NCBI RefSeq assembly: GCF_004010195.1
Contig: NC_057728.1
Coordinates: 28,077,307 to 28,141,306 of the forward strand
Direction of reading: 5' to 3'
Length of the DNA: 64,000 bases
Source of the DNA: Chiloscyllium plagiosum
Lineage: Eukaryota
Shown here in pieces: positions 1 to 13,390 of the stretch. The translations under genes and the position numbers were made by a program. Position 1 is the stretch's first letter. Every line of letters begins with the position of its first letter. The notes under the pieces were generated by a model. It worked only from the letters and a program-made list of their open reading frames with translations. It ran no database searches and was not told the origin of the DNA.

Positions 1-635
1 TGAAGGAGGCATATGGCGTACTGGCTTTTATTGGTAGAGGAATTGAGTTCTGGAGTACTGAGGTCATGTTGCAGTTGTATAAGACTCTGGTGCGGCCGCC
101 TCTGGAGTATTGTGTGCAGTTTTGGTCGCTATACTATAGGAAGGATGTGGAGGCACTGGAACTGGTGCAGAAGATGTTTACCAGGATGTTGCCTGGTATG
201 GTAGAAAGATCGTATGAGGAAAGGCTGAGGCACTTGGGGTTGTTTTCATTGGAGAAAAGAAGGTTTAGGGGTGACTTGATAGAGGTGTATAAGATGATTA
301 GGGGTTTAGATAGGGTCGACAGTGAGAATCTTTTTCCACGTATGGAGTGAGCTATTACAAGGGGGCATAGCTTTAAATTAAGGGGGGGTAGGTATAGGAC
401 ATATTTTAGGAGTAGATTCTTTACTCAGCGAGTCGTGAGTTCATGGAATGCCCTGCCAGTAGCAGTGGTGGACTCTCCCTCATTATGGGCATTTAAGCGG
501 GCATTGGATAGGCATATGGAGGATAGTGGGCTAGTGTAGGTTAGGTGGGCTTGGATCGGCGCAACATCGAGGGCCGAAGGGCCTGTATTGCGCTGTATTC
601 TTCTATGATCTATGTTCTATGTTCTATGTTCTATA
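1..635 (+). mobile_element. CR1-clade LINE (HER1-like), 3' end, relatively young
   Basis: ORF2 C-terminus LYKTLVRP.LEYCVQFWS...LGLFSLEKRR.RGDLIEVYKM, 3' UTR and (TTCTATG)n tail at ~600-632. Confidence 0.92.
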
Positions 636-1102
636 TAAATGATGAAAAGTAGTGAACCCAGCACCGATCCTTGTGGCACTCTACTGGTCACAGGCCTCCA
701 ATCTGAAAAACAACCCTCCACCACCACCCTCTGTCTTCTACCTTTGAGTCAATTCTGTATCCAATTGGTTAGTTCTCCCTGTATTCCATGAGATCTAACC
801 TTGCTAACCAGTCTCCCACAGGGTACCTTGTCGAACGCCTTACTGAAGTCCATATAGATCACGCCTACTGCTCTGCCCTCATCAATCCTCTTTGTTACTT
901 CAAAAATCTTAATCAATTTTGTGGGACATGATTTCCCATGCACAAAGCCATGCTGACTATCCCTAATCAGTCCTTGCCTTTCCAAATACATGTACACCCT
1001 GTCCCTCTGGATTCCCTCCAACAACTTGCCCACCACTGATGTCAGGCTCACCAGTCTATAGTTCCCTGGCTTGTCCTTACCACCTTTCTTAAGCAGTGGT
1101 AC
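636..1102 (-). mobile_element. CR1 LINE RT fragment
   Basis: KKGGKDKPGNYRLVSLTSVVGKLLE...SQHGF...YMDFSKAFDKVP; cut off at ~636 by the tail of the + strand CR1. Confidence 0.9.
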
Positions 1103-4100
1103 CTCTTCTGCAAAACAAACTAAAACTATCACAAAGACACGGAACAATCTTTCCACATTACAATTTGATAAATAATTAAACTTAACAAATTAGATTAACT
1201 TAAATTGAACTAAACCAACTTAACTTCAGTTAGATCAAATTAAATTAAATTAATTTACACCACATGACGCACCTCCACTGTCAGCTGGAGCATCAGTTAT
1301 TATTCCAGTATTTATTCAGGCTTCTTCTCCCCAACCCCCCCACCCCGGCTGCCAAATCCAGCCTTCATGGCTAATCAGTATGATTGACAAGGCCATGTCT
1401 GTAATTTCAAAAGGACCACCAGGTCTTAAAACAGTTCCATTTTCTGGTGCACCTCATTCGTAAGAAAGTCCAGGGATATGTGCTCCATCACTAATCTGCG
1501 CCACCCTGTGAGACCTGGGTTTTATTCTGAGATCCAGCTCATTAAAATATTCTTCCTTGCACAATACGTGAGAATGTTGAATAGTCTCTTCCTGTGTTCA
1601 TTTAGCGAAGGCAGATTCAGCCACCCAGAAGAAGGGATACTGGATCCACCTTGATTTCAATTCCCAGGATCCCCTCCAATTCATTTGCTATAGCACCCCA
1701 GTACCTATGGGTCCTGTGGCATGACCACAAGCAGTGTGTAAGAGTGCGATACTTGTTTTGCATTTAGGGTGCCCTGGAGATGCTCCTGTCTTAAATTTTG
1801 CTAATTGCTCTGGGACCATATAGGCCCTGTGGAGAATCTTTAGTTGCATGGCCTGCGCTTTATTGCAAATCGAGATCTTTTTCACATTCTCCCAGATATC
1901 CTCCCATATTGACAACAAGATTTTTGCTCCCAGTTCCTGATTCCAAACTCCATTAAGTCTTTCCATATCTTCCAAATTGCCCCCTCCCCATGGATGGTGT
2001 AGGGACTGACCAAGAGAATGCCCGCGCACCGAAGCACTCTTCTCTCCATATCAGACTTATAGCGTGGTCAGAGCGTGGTCCTTTTCTGTATGTAATCCCT
2101 AATCTGAGGATATTGGAAGAGGTCCCTACTGGGTAGCCCATATTTATCACTCAGCTGGTCAAAAGACATCAAGACCTTTCCTCAAATAGGTCTTCCAACC
2201 AGGAGACTTCCCTGGCCTCCCATCTTTTAAAGCGGGAATCCATTGATCCCGGCCTAAACCTTGGTGTTCCAACTTGGGGGGTGAATGGTGAGGTCTTACA
2301 TAGATTACACTCACTCTGCCTCATCATTCCCCTCGCTTTGACTGTGTTTATAACGATTGGGCTTTTACAATGTTCAGCAACAGATTTCATCCTGTCCTTA
2401 AACAAATTAAGGAGGGGATACTTTGCTTGGTACGCCTTAATGTCTAGCCATATCGACCTTGGATCTTTACACACCCAATCAGTCACATAAGACAATAAGG
2501 AGCTTATTTGAAATCATTTAAAGTCTGGGAGATCTACCCCTCCCATTCCCTGTGGGAGTTGCAACTTGGCAAATTTAATGAGAGGACACCTACAACACCA
2601 AATCAAGGATCCAAGCCAGACATTAAGCTTCCACAGTGCTTGTCTGGGCAACAACAACATGAGCATTCTTATGGGGTATAATAGGTAAAGAAGAACATTC
2701 ATTTGAAACAGAGCTATTTGACCTAATCATGGTATTGGTAACCCCTTCCAGCATTGAAGATCTTGTTTTATCTTCTTAAACAACTGCACAAAATTGGCTT
2801 TGTACAGTTGATGAAAAGCAGGGGTAATGAAAATACCCAAATACAGAAAACCTTTTTGTGACCACTGAAAGGAAATCGTGTTCCATCTTCCAGGTCAGGT
2901 ATTCCCACCAGGCCTCCCACAGGTATAGATTCCGACTTTGTAAAATTAATTTTATACCCCAAGAAAATGCCAAATAAATAAATCTTTTGTATTAGAGGGG
3001 TACAAACTTTGTCAGATTAGCCAAAAAAAGAACATCATCAGCAAGGATTGTGATTTTATGCTCTGCCATTCTTACCTCTGGGGCAATTATTTTAGTGTCC
3101 TTCTGAATAGCCTCCACCAACAGTTCGATTACTTAAGTGAATATCAGCAGCGAAAGAGGACACCCTTGTTGGCTGCCTCCCCATTGCTAAAGTAATCTGA
3201 TTTTATGCCATTTGTACAGACCGCTGCCACATGGTCGCTATACAGTATTGCCACCCATCTGGCGAAGGTCCCCTCCCCAAGGCCAGGAAGTTAAAAAGGT
3301 ATGGCCACTCCACCCGGTCAAACACTTTTTCCATGTCTAAGGAGACCACCAAACCCAGGATTGACCTCTGCTGGCATACCTGTACTATATTCAACACTCT
3401 CCTGATATGAATAGAAGAACTGTGACCCTTAATAAAGCCTGTCTGGTCCTCCTTTACGATAGAGAGCAGTACCTTCACCAATCTCAATGCTAGCGTTTTA
3501 GACAGGATCTTAAAGTTTACATCCAGCACCAAGATATGTCTGTATGAGGCACAGTCCTCAGGATCTTTCCTTCTCTTAAGAATAAGAGAGATATTGGCCT
3601 CCCGAAGAGAGGGCAGAAGGTAATCCTGGCTGTATGAGTGATTGTACATTCCCAATATGAGCTCAGCCAACATATTTATGAACTTCTATAGAACACACTC
3701 AGAAATCCATCTGGGCCTGGTGCTTTGCTACTTTGGAGCTGCCTTACTGCCTCTGTATTGCTAATATTGTTAAAAGTGCATTCGATGGGAGGCTTGCTCT
3801 CCAGTTATACCTGGGAGATCCAAGTTCTCAAAAAAGGATTCCATCCTTGCTAACCCATCCTCACAACTCTTCAACTGGTATAGCTCTGCATAAAATTTCC
3901 TAAATATTGCATTAAACCTTTTTAGATTCACGGGTGAGAATACCAGTATTCTCCCTAATGGACATAATGGATTGCGGGGCACTCTTATCCAGATGGCTAG
4001 TTCTCCCTTTATTCCATAAGATTTAACTTTGCTAATCAGTCTCCCATGGGGAACCTTGTCCAACGCCTTACTGAAGTCCATATAGATCACATCTACTGCT

Positions 4101-7100
4101 CTGCCCTCATCAATCTTCTTTGTTACTTCTTCAAAAAACTCAATCAAGTTTGTGAGACATGATTTCCCATGCACAAAGCCATGTTAACTATCCCCAATCA
4201 GTCCTTGCCTTTCCAAATACATGCACATCCTGTCCCTTAGGATTCCCTCCAACAACTTGCCCATCACTGAGGGCAGGCTCACCAGTCTATAGTTCCCTGG
4301 CTTGTCTTTACCGCCCTTCTTAAACACGTTTGCCAACCTCGAGTCTTCCAGCACTTCACCTGTGACTATCGATGATAAAAATGTCTCAGCAAGAGGCTCA
4401 GCAATCACTTCTCTAGCTTCCCACAGAGTTCTAAGGTACACCTGATCAGGTCCTGGGGATTTATCCACCTTTAACCGTTTCAAGACATCCAGCACTTACT
4501 CCTCTGTTATTTGGACATTTTGCAAGATGTCTCCATCTATTTCCCTACAGTCTATATCTTCCATATCCTTTTCCACAGTAAATACTGATGCAAAATATTC
4601 ATTTAGTATCTCCCCCATTTTCTGCGGCTCCACACAAAGGCCGCCTTGCTGAGGGGCCCTATTCTCTCCCTAGTTACCCTTTTGTCCTTAATATATTTGT
4701 AAAAAAACTTTGGATTCTCCTTAATTCTATTTGCCAACACTATCTCATGTCCCCTTTTTGCCCTCCTGATTTCCCTCTTAAGTATACTCCTACTTCCTTT
4801 ATACTCTTCTAAGGATTCACTCGATCTATCCTGTCTATATTTGACATATGCTCCCATCTTTTTCTTAACTAAACCCTCAATTTCTTTAGTCATCCAGCAT
4901 TCCCTATAACTACCAGCCTTTCCTTTCACCCTGACAGGAATATACTTTCTCTGGATTCTTGTTATCTCATTTCTGAAGGCTTCCCATTTTCCAGCCATCC
5001 CTTTACCTGCGAACATCTGCCTCCAATCAGCTTTCAAAAGTTCTTGCTTAATACCATCAAAATTGGCCTTTCTCCAATTTAGAACTTCAACTTTTAGACC
5101 TGGTCTATCCTTTTCTGTCACAAATATAATTATGGTCGCTGGCCCCAAAGTGCTCCCCCACTGACACCTCAGTCACCTGCCCTGCCTTCTTTCCCAAGAG
5201 TAGGTCAAGTTTTGCATCTTCTCTAGTAGGTACATCCACATCCTGAATCAGAAAATTGTCTTGTATGCACTTAAGAAATTCCTCTCCATCTAAACCTTTA
5301 ACACTATGGCAGTCCCAGTCGATGTTTGGAAAGTTAAAATCCCCTACCATAACCACCCTATTATTCTTACAGATAGCTGAGATCTCCTTACAAGTTTGTT
5401 TCTCAATTTCCCTCTGACTATTAGGGGGTCTATAATACAATCCCAATAGGGGCAGTAGACATTCAAGATGCCATACTCCTCCCCATGTATTAAGGCTTTG
5501 ATGATTACAAACCGCCCATATTCATCCTTAATTTGATCTATTACTTGGAATGGGAGGTTCCTCTGTATTAATATGGCCACCTCTGCTTTTTGAATTGAAA
5601 GGCAAAAATAATACCCTGCTAAACCCTCCCTGCTGTAATTTTAAATGTTCCTTATCATTCAAGTATGTTTCTTGTAGCAGAGCAATATCAACACTCTCCT
5701 TTCTGAGATTCGAGAGCACCTTCTTTCTTTTGACCGCGAATGACTCCCCTTTATGTTCCAGGTGCACTATCTAAAGAACAACTAGCCATAACCACCTAAA
5801 GTGGCCCGCAGCCCCCTGAGAAGAAGAAGCCTACTCATAGTGCGTCGAGTGGAGACAAAACAAGATTTATAAAATCTAAAAACTACCGCTACAGACACTA
5901 CCAAAACAAAACAAAACTAATCACTACTCTTAAATTAAACACAAAACAAATAGCTGGAGACGTTCTCCCTTGCCCATAGGAGGCACTCATCCTACTCCCT
6001 AATACCACCATGGCTCCTTCCGGCTAGAGCTGCGCCTCAAACCCAAGTAATACAGAAACAAAGAAAACCTATAATTTAAATACATGGAAATGAAAAGTAG
6101 GTGTCCAACCCATCCCCTCCATATGTCAACCCCACTTGTCTTTAATGAAAAAAATGACCACCCCACACTCAAAGAGAACAAAATGAATAACAGGAATTAA
6201 TAACAATGGCAAGAAAGGGAAAGATAGAGAGAAGAAATAGGGAACCCCCCCCCCAACCCCCACATTATCAGAACCATGCCAGGCATACAAAATTAACAAG
6301 TGAGAGAGCAAAGTTTTTTTGACCCAGTCAGTCTATTTTAAAGAGTCTAGGAATTCCCTTGACTTCTCTACTGAGTCAAAGTTATGAACAGACCCTCCAT
6401 GGCTGAAGTGCAATACTGCCGGATGCCTCACAGAGTATTGAATGTTCAGGTCTCTCAAACTCTTCCTGACTTCATCAAAGGATTTCCTTTTTCTAATTAC
6501 AGCCCCAGAAAAGTCTTGAGAAAACATAATTTTCGACCCCTTGTACACCAGGTCCTGTGAGTCTTTTTCCAGCATTTTGGAGGCTTCCATAATAATTTGC
6601 TTTTCCTTATAGCACTGGAGTCACGCTAGGGCCGGGTGGGGACGCTGATCCGACCCGGACCTGCGCATTGCCATCCAGTGGGCCTGTTCCACACACACCC
6701 GGCCCGACTCGAGTCCCAGTCCCAGAAGGTGCAGGAGCCAGTGCTCCAGGAGCTGACCAGATTCTCACCTTCTTCACGTTCCGGGAGCCCAATTATACAT
6801 AAGCTCTTTCTTTGACCTCGATTCTTGAGGTCGTCGACCTGGTCTAACAAGGCTCACATCTGGCTTTCCAGTATTTGGATCTGCTCCTCTGAGGTTTCTG
6901 CTGTGGTCTCCAATGCCGTGGTCCTCTGCTCAACCGCCTCCACGCGTTGATCAAGCTTTTGGATCTCCTGCCCATGCTTTTGTAGAGATAGGTTCCAGCA
7001 CTGACTTGATTATTCTCTCAGAGATTTAAGATTCCAAGACTAAGTTCTGCTGTTCCAGTGGGTTCAAAGGCGCTGCCGTGGGGGTCGGCTCTGTGGCCAT

Positions 7101-7360
7101 GAGCACGTCCGATACTATAGGCGAGAGTCCTACTTGCTGTGATTCTTGTGATCCTTTTCCTTTGGTCATCTTTTTCATCTTCTTCTTCCCAAAATGTTAA
7201 AATTAGTGTTCAAAGGTTCTTGAAGCTTTATTTTACTTTATTTTCATGATTTTTCTTATAAATGACTCATGAGGGCAGGGTGAAAGCACCACTTTTCTTG
7301 GAATATGGTGCAGAGATCAGCATAGCAGACCTATCAGATCACCAGCATTTTGGATCCTCA
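1103..7360 (-). mobile_element. Near full-length degenerate L1-clade LINE (5' UTR, ORF1, spacer, ORF2, part of 3' UTR)
   Basis: ORF1 remnants ~7175-6333 (DDLKNRGQRKSLCIIGLPE; YKGSKIMFSQDFS). ORF2 endonuclease (KRKKVLSNLRKESVDIALLQETYL; DEYGRFVII; ILNVYCP), RT (EANISLILK..KDPEDCASYR; DQTGFIKG; SLDMEKVFDRVEW; GYKINFTKSE), C-terminal QLKILHR and Cys/His knuckle; many stops and frameshifts. Confidence 0.9.
3986..5448 (-). mobile_element. Internal CR1 fragment (endonuclease to start of RT) embedded in the L1 ORF2
   Basis: GLYYRPPNS...VGDFNFPNIDW...LDLLLG...SDHN; KSPGPDQVY; KSCLTNLIEFFEEVT; ends at GIKGELAIWI with no CR1 3' tail. Confidence 0.9.
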
Positions 7361-7504
7361 GCCAACTCTGTTTTTATACTCTTGTGTACTCTAGTCTTTA
7401 TTTATTCCACCATTCATTATATCACAGACCTCCCTCTGAGTTCTTTGTATCACCCTCTCCTCTTTGAATTGCTTAAAATCTGTGACATTTCTAACTGTTC
7501 CCAG

Positions 7505-7608
7505 TTTGATTTTCTTCCCAGTTTGATGAAAGGTTTGATGTAAAATATTAACTTTGTTTCTCTCTCCACTGATGCTACTGAGTATTTTCAGCATTTTCTG
7601 ATTTTAAT
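7505..7608 (+). mobile_element. Degenerate Penelope-derived short element (family D) with decayed hammerhead motif
   Basis: cagtttgatgaaagg...aaaatattaactttgtttctctctccactgatgc...tgagtattttcagcattttctg; similar to copies at 11705, 21415, 22178 and 38515. Confidence 0.5.
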
Positions 7609-8479
7609 TATCACCTTTCCAGTACTTGGTTCAACATCTGAATTCAAATTGATATTCATTTAATGAATCTTGAAGAGGAATTGCTTATACTAGGTTTATA
7701 AAAATTGCAGTGGAATGCATTTCAATGCACAACACGTTGCTGCCGACCAATCTGCGCCCTATCTCATGCAGTATACACTGCTGTTCACTTTGAAACATAG
7801 CATACTTGTGATCCGTCCTGATGAATTTAAGATTAAAAACATTAGCAACATGAGAACTTTCTCGGTAATGTTCAAGTTCTGCACTATCAAGTTGCAGAGT
7901 GGGACAGTGCACATTAGCATCTTTAGTTCTTAAAAGGTCCATCAGCACTCAGTGTTGTTTGGAGGAGACAAAAATGAAATGGTAACTCCTTGTAAATTGC
8001 AAGATCAATGATTTGCTTTCTTTGAATATTCTTTGGTAGCCACAATGAATATGTGATTCTGACATGTTTAACAAGCCTGTGAAGAAGTGCCTCCTTGGGT
8101 TATGGATATATTTTCTATGACAAACTGCATTGTGTTTCTTAACAGGAGTTGGACTGGCTGCTGTCATCTTGTCTTTTTGGCTCAACACTTACTACATTGT
8201 GATTATAGCCTGGGCTATCTACTATCTCTTCAGCTCTTTCACATCAGTAAGTCTCAGTTCTTAGACATTACTGACAGATTCTGTCAGGCTCTCCTGTTCT
8301 TCTCTGTATCTTCAAATGGAGGAATACCTTTGGAATTCTTGGAGAAACAGCAGGAGTACAATTTAGTTTGCAGCTTCCAACTTGTTGCATTCCTGACACA
8401 GGCCACCAGAGCTAATATGAAGGTGGATTTCCATTCAGACCGGACGTTTCTCATCTCCCACTCTGGTTTTAAGAAGGCA

Positions 8480-9190
8480 GGAGAGTGAGAGAGAGAGAGA
8501 GAGAGTGGCGGGTGACAGGGTGGGGCTGGGGGGGCCTAGTGTGGGGAAGTGAGAGAGAGAGGGTGAGAGAGACACACACATCGTCACACGCACATTTCCC
8601 TATATTCCCATTCCCCCAAACACAGCCACACATGCACTCTCACACATACCCATTCAAATATGCTCACACCCACCAACAAACCTAACCAAGAACAGCCAGA
8701 CTTTCTCTTTCACAATCATTCACCCCTACCATATTTGCACACACATCCACATACTCATCCACACCCAACCACACACCAAACCGTCACCATATACCCGCCT
8801 GCTCACTACAGCCACCTTTTCCCTTGCACCTACTTATTCACTGTCACCCACTATCATCCACATGGATGGATCCATTGACCCATGGCCAACCTACATATCT
8901 ACACCCACCCATGCATCCATTCATTCTTACCCACCTGTGCACTTTCCTATTCATTTACAGCCACCCAGTATACATCAATCCCCTGATACACATCCACACA
9001 ACCATTTATACACTCACCCATTCAGCCACGTTCACGCAAACATTTACCCTTTCGCTCACAGCCACTCAAACAAGCACCCATTCACTCTCACCCAGACATT
9101 CACACCCATCCATTCACTTATGGCCACCCATATATCCAGCTATTTTCTGACACCCACATATCCACACCATTCACTCATTCACACTCAGGC
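8480..9190. repeat. Low-complexity (GA)n followed by CA/CCA-rich tract
   Basis: (GA)n at ~8487-8504 and ~600 bp of degenerate CAC/CCA repeats; its ORFs are just H/T/P-biased. Confidence 0.8.
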
Positions 9191-10743
9191 CCAGTAGTTT
9201 AGGTGATTGGTAATACTGAAGAGCTGCAGAGGATGGCTGTGAAGTGCCAACCAGTATTTTCCTCCTGTCTGGTCTAACACACAGCTCTCTCAAACTGTGC
9301 TGTAGCTGGAACCACTGCTGTTTGTGGCAATCCAGTTTGTCTTATAACCCCAGCAGCAGAGGCCCATTCTTATTGACCTCTCAAGCCTGGTAGTGTCCAG
9401 ATTCTAATTCCTTCCTCCGCTCCCTAGTGGGGGATTCTTGTTTCCCCTCCCCTTCCAAACAATGTCACGACTCACATTACTCAAACATATGTTTGATACA
9501 TAAAATATGTTAAAAAAAATTAAATCTCTGATATTACACATTCTGGAATAAAATTCAACTTGTCTCCATACATCATGTCCCACATTTAGCTGTTTCAAAA
9601 CAATTCAAATAACCTTGATACCTACAATATACATACCATGTTAGGCATAGAGCCAGAGAGCAAAATAAGTCTTGGTATTTCCATCTGTTGGAAAGTCCAT
9701 TGTAAATGGCTCTTTACTGTATCAAGCTAAGAACGTTTTTAACCGTGCATTTTTAGGGGATCTTTATTGTGTTTTTGAGGCATGCTCTTCAATTTTTGGG
9801 AAAAAAAACCCAATATATTTGATTTGAAAATATTTGATGTAATATGTGCAGGAAGCTTATTTTTAAATCTAGCTTGTCCTGTTCCTACAGTAAGTGCCAA
9901 GACCTATTATAATGAGGAAGGAGAGAGCTACACTGACATTTCATCCCATTTATTTAAATACTACAACTATTCAGCAAGGCCCAACTCAAGGGTATACCTG
10001 AGCCTGGACTTTCACTGAGATGTCCGTATAATCTAGAGGTGGGGTAAATCCTTCCTGAGTGGTCAAGGGAGATAGAAGTGATGGGATTGCAGACTACTGT
10101 TGAGAATACAGGATGCAATATTGTCAATAAGGTTTGATTTGTTATGAGTGGTTTTAGAATGATTCACTAAGAAGCTTTAAGATAAGCTGAATTACAAAAT
10201 ACTGAATACAGTTAGCAGTATAGATAATGAGTGCTCATGTGGAAATGGACAAAGATGGTCTGGGTAAAAGAATAAAGGTTTGAGAGAAAGCCCAAAGTAA
10301 CATCCTCAGTATGACAACTTCTGTCCATCTCCAGATATAGCCTACAGTGTTAGCCTAAGATGTAGTAAAAGAGGTTGGTGGACAAAGGCCGCTGCAGGCA
10401 TTAACTACTGTCCGATTCATGGAACTATTTTGATTTTGCCAAAAGTAATTTGGAGGAAATTTTTGTCTTATGGAATCTAACGTCCACTTTAGAGTGAGAA
10501 GATGCTGCTACAGCTGTTTGGTTGGCAGATGAGATGGAGTGATAAAATGATATTTTCAGTTAATATGAGGAAATTTATTTGTTGCTTCTGAATGATATTT
10601 TTGAGGTTGTCATAATTGATTACACTACTAAGGATGGAGCTTCAAAGTTACAAAGTTATTCCAAAGACAACCAAAAAACAACTCAATTTCATTTTGCTTC
10701 TTTAATGTACATTGATTGATGGATTTGTGTTTTTTTTCTACAG

Positions 10744-10853
10744 GAGCTTCCTTGGCAAAGCTGTGACAATGAATGGAACACAAAAGTATGTTTCTCTAAC
10801 TACTCTCTGCTTGATACCAGTAACATGACCAGTGCAGTGACAGAATTCTGGGA
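10744..10853 (+). CDS. slc6a1: SLC6A1/GAT-1-like GABA transporter, first coding exon visible in window (extracellular loop 2)
   Basis: ttttctacAG acceptor and GA|GTAAG donor; 110 nt; translates [36 protein letters not shown](E), matching GAT-1 EL2 (LPW..CDN.WNT..CFSNYS) with the disulfide Cys pair. Upstream exons not found in window. Confidence 0.93.
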
Positions 10854-11704
10854 GTAAGGGATGCTCATTCTGTTTGTTGAAATGGAGATATTTTTATCTT
10901 CTAGTAATCATTATTGATTAATAGTAATTGATTTTATCTATTCATAATAGCTGTTGATAAATCGTAAAAATGTGAAATGTATGGCTTATGAGATACATGC
11001 AACTGGATGTCACTTTCCTCCTTTGGTGAGTTTGAAGGAGGAGGAGGCACATAAAATCCACAAGGTGTCTTTCCTATTGTCTGGCCCAACCTTACTGAAG
11101 TTTCAGGAGTGGGGATGTGGTGGACATTCTGCCCATTTTTAGACCTATTCAGATCCTTAAATAGCTGCTTAAGGGCTTCATCCTCAGGTATCAGTCACTA
11201 TTTACGTAAGACTGTGCATGATTGCACAAAGCAGTCACAAAAGAGGAGGAACCATTTAATAGAAACCTGCTAAATGATCCTGGGCTGCAGTAGGCACTGC
11301 GTGATGGAGTACTCCTCTCCTTGAATCCCACAATAGTTATTCTAAATTTGTTGGCTAAACCTCATGATTGAAGTGAAATAGCTCAGCTATGTTAATGCTA
11401 ACTTTATACACACAGTTGTAGATCGTAGATACACACACACAATGGGAAAATGTGAGTGGACGTAAAAATTTTCTGTGAAAAAGAGAACGTGGTGCATATA
11501 GGCTTCTTTCATGCAGTGTGTTGGGTGCAACAGTTTAGCATTTGGGACCATTACCAGAAATGTGCCCCATTTAAGTTCTTCCTCTTCTTCCTCTTCCCCA
11601 CTCAACAATGAGTCACATTCTCAGTGCTAATCAATTACAAATACAAACCCGCCAGAATCCGGGTTAGGCTTGCAAGTTACAACATGCTTCTGATTTTTAA
11701 AAAG

Positions 11705-11850
11705 CAAAAGAACTGTGGATGTTGTAAATGAGATACAAAAACCGAAATTGGTGGAAAAGCTCAGCAAGGCTGACAGCTTTTGCGGAGAAAAACCAGAGTT
11801 GATGTTTTGGGTCGAGTGATCCGACCTCAGATCCTTCATCTGATTTTATC
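11705..11850 (-). mobile_element. Degenerate Penelope-derived short element (family D)
   Basis: aaaagaactgtggatgttgtaaatgagatacaaaaaccgaaattggtggaaaagctcagc...ccagagttgatgttttgggtcgagtgatcc...ttcatc. Confidence 0.55.
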
Positions 11851-12166
11851 TCTGCATCTTAACTGCCATCAGGAAATGAAAATTTTGTATTGTCTCTAAT
11901 TAAATCAACCTGGCCACTTTATTTTGCACTCTTGAGGGCTCCATAGAATCTCATCCAGCTAGGAACTATTTCAGAAATATTTCACCTTCGTTGTTCACCC
12001 AGCTAGAAATGGTGACAAATGAAAGGTCTTAATAATGGGAAGACTCATGGTGAATAATTTAATCCAATTGGATTGAAAATTGTAAACAGCCATTTGTAGA
12101 TGGAGATAAAGATTATCTATTGATGTGAGGTAGTGAATCACATTAAATATTTTGATATATTTTCAG

Positions 12167-12299
12167 ACGAAATGTGCACCAAATTACCAGTGGTTTAGAT
12201 GAACCAGGGAGCATTCGGTGGCCTCTGGCTGGAACACTGGCCCTCTCTTGGTTGTTGGTCTATTTCTCAATCTGGAAAGGAGTGGAGTGGACAGGAAAG
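12167..12299 (+). CDS. slc6a1: SLC6A1-like exon (end of EL2, TM4)
   Basis: tttcAG / AAG|GTATGT; 133 nt, phase matches previous exon; [44 protein letters not shown]. Confidence 0.95.
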
Positions 12300-12537
12300 G
12301 TATGTCCAAAAAGAATTCATGCCTTATTTACCCTTCAGAGAAAACAAAATAGATGTCATCACTGAATGAAGCTAAGTTCAGTGGATGGTTTGTTGTTCTT
12401 TGAAAAAAAACATTAGGCTGGATTTTCCAGATAGCGGCAATCTTGTGTAGATTGCCACTCTGGCCCTCCTTTCTGATGACATAAGGGAACTTCACGTTGT
12501 AAGAGGAGATTCCATTAAGATCTCCCTCAGTAATGGT

Positions 12538-13390
12538 TTTGATTTGAATTATTATTGTCACATGTACCGAGATACAGTGAAAAGTATTGTATTGCATGCT
12601 AACCAGACAGCTCACACCTTACACAAGTTCACTCTCAAGAAGTCCGACCTGACGTCTGCGGTGGTAACTGTGGTGCAGATGCATGCAAGGTTGTCGGCGT
12701 AGGTGACATCATTTCACTGACCTCCTTGAATGTATTTAGCTCATTGGGAAGGGATGCATTGTTGTCAATGAATCTATTCAACTTTGCTTTGTAATCAGTT
12801 ATATCGTGTAAACCTTGCCACAGTAAACGTGTGTTTGTGTGGTTAGTCTGGAACTCTCGTTTAGCCTGGTATTGTCTCTTGGCATCCCTGATGGCTTTGT
12901 GAAGATTGTACCTAGATCTCCTGTATAAGTCAGGGTCACCTGATGAACACCTCAGACCTGGACTTCAGTAGGGAGTAACTCTTTTGGTTCATCCATAGTT
13001 TGTAGTTGGGGAACACTTGGATTAACTTCTTTTGCACACAGTTGTCTACACTTTAACTGATGAAGTCTGCGTCAGTACTGAAATACTCATTTGAGTTGGC
13101 TGCTGAGTTGTTGAATATGGACGAGGACACCAACTCCAAGCAGTCATAGAGGAACTCGTCCATTACCTCAGACCAACACGATATGACTTTCTGTACCAGA
13201 TCCTCATGCTTCAGCTTCTGCTTGTAAGCGGGGAGAAGTAGCACAGCCCTAGTCTGATTTACCAAAATGCAGATGGGGAATAGAGTGGTAGGCATCATTG
13301 ATGGTTGTGTAGCAATGGTCCAGAGTGTTTAGGCTTCTGGTGGAATAGAAGACATTTTATTAGTACCTTGGTAGTACATTCTTGAACTAC
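12538..13390 (-). mobile_element. Rex1/Babar-clade LINE remnant with internal deletion
   Basis: LLLPAYKQKLK.ED.VQKV..CWS...DCLE...NEY...DFIS and downstream FPNYKLWMN, typical of Rex1 ORF; 3' end reads (-) cttttcactgtatctcggtacatgtgacaataat at ~12545-12585. Confidence 0.75.

Noticed and set aside
8485-9197. Several overlapping His/Thr/Pro-rich ORFs
   Set aside because: They arise from CA-rich low-complexity sequence that lacks stop codons; no splice or homology support
1-10743. Search for the missing 5' exons (TM1-TM3) of the transporter
   Set aside because: No matching coding sequence was found; the region is mostly LINE-derived, so those exons are presumed upstream of the window
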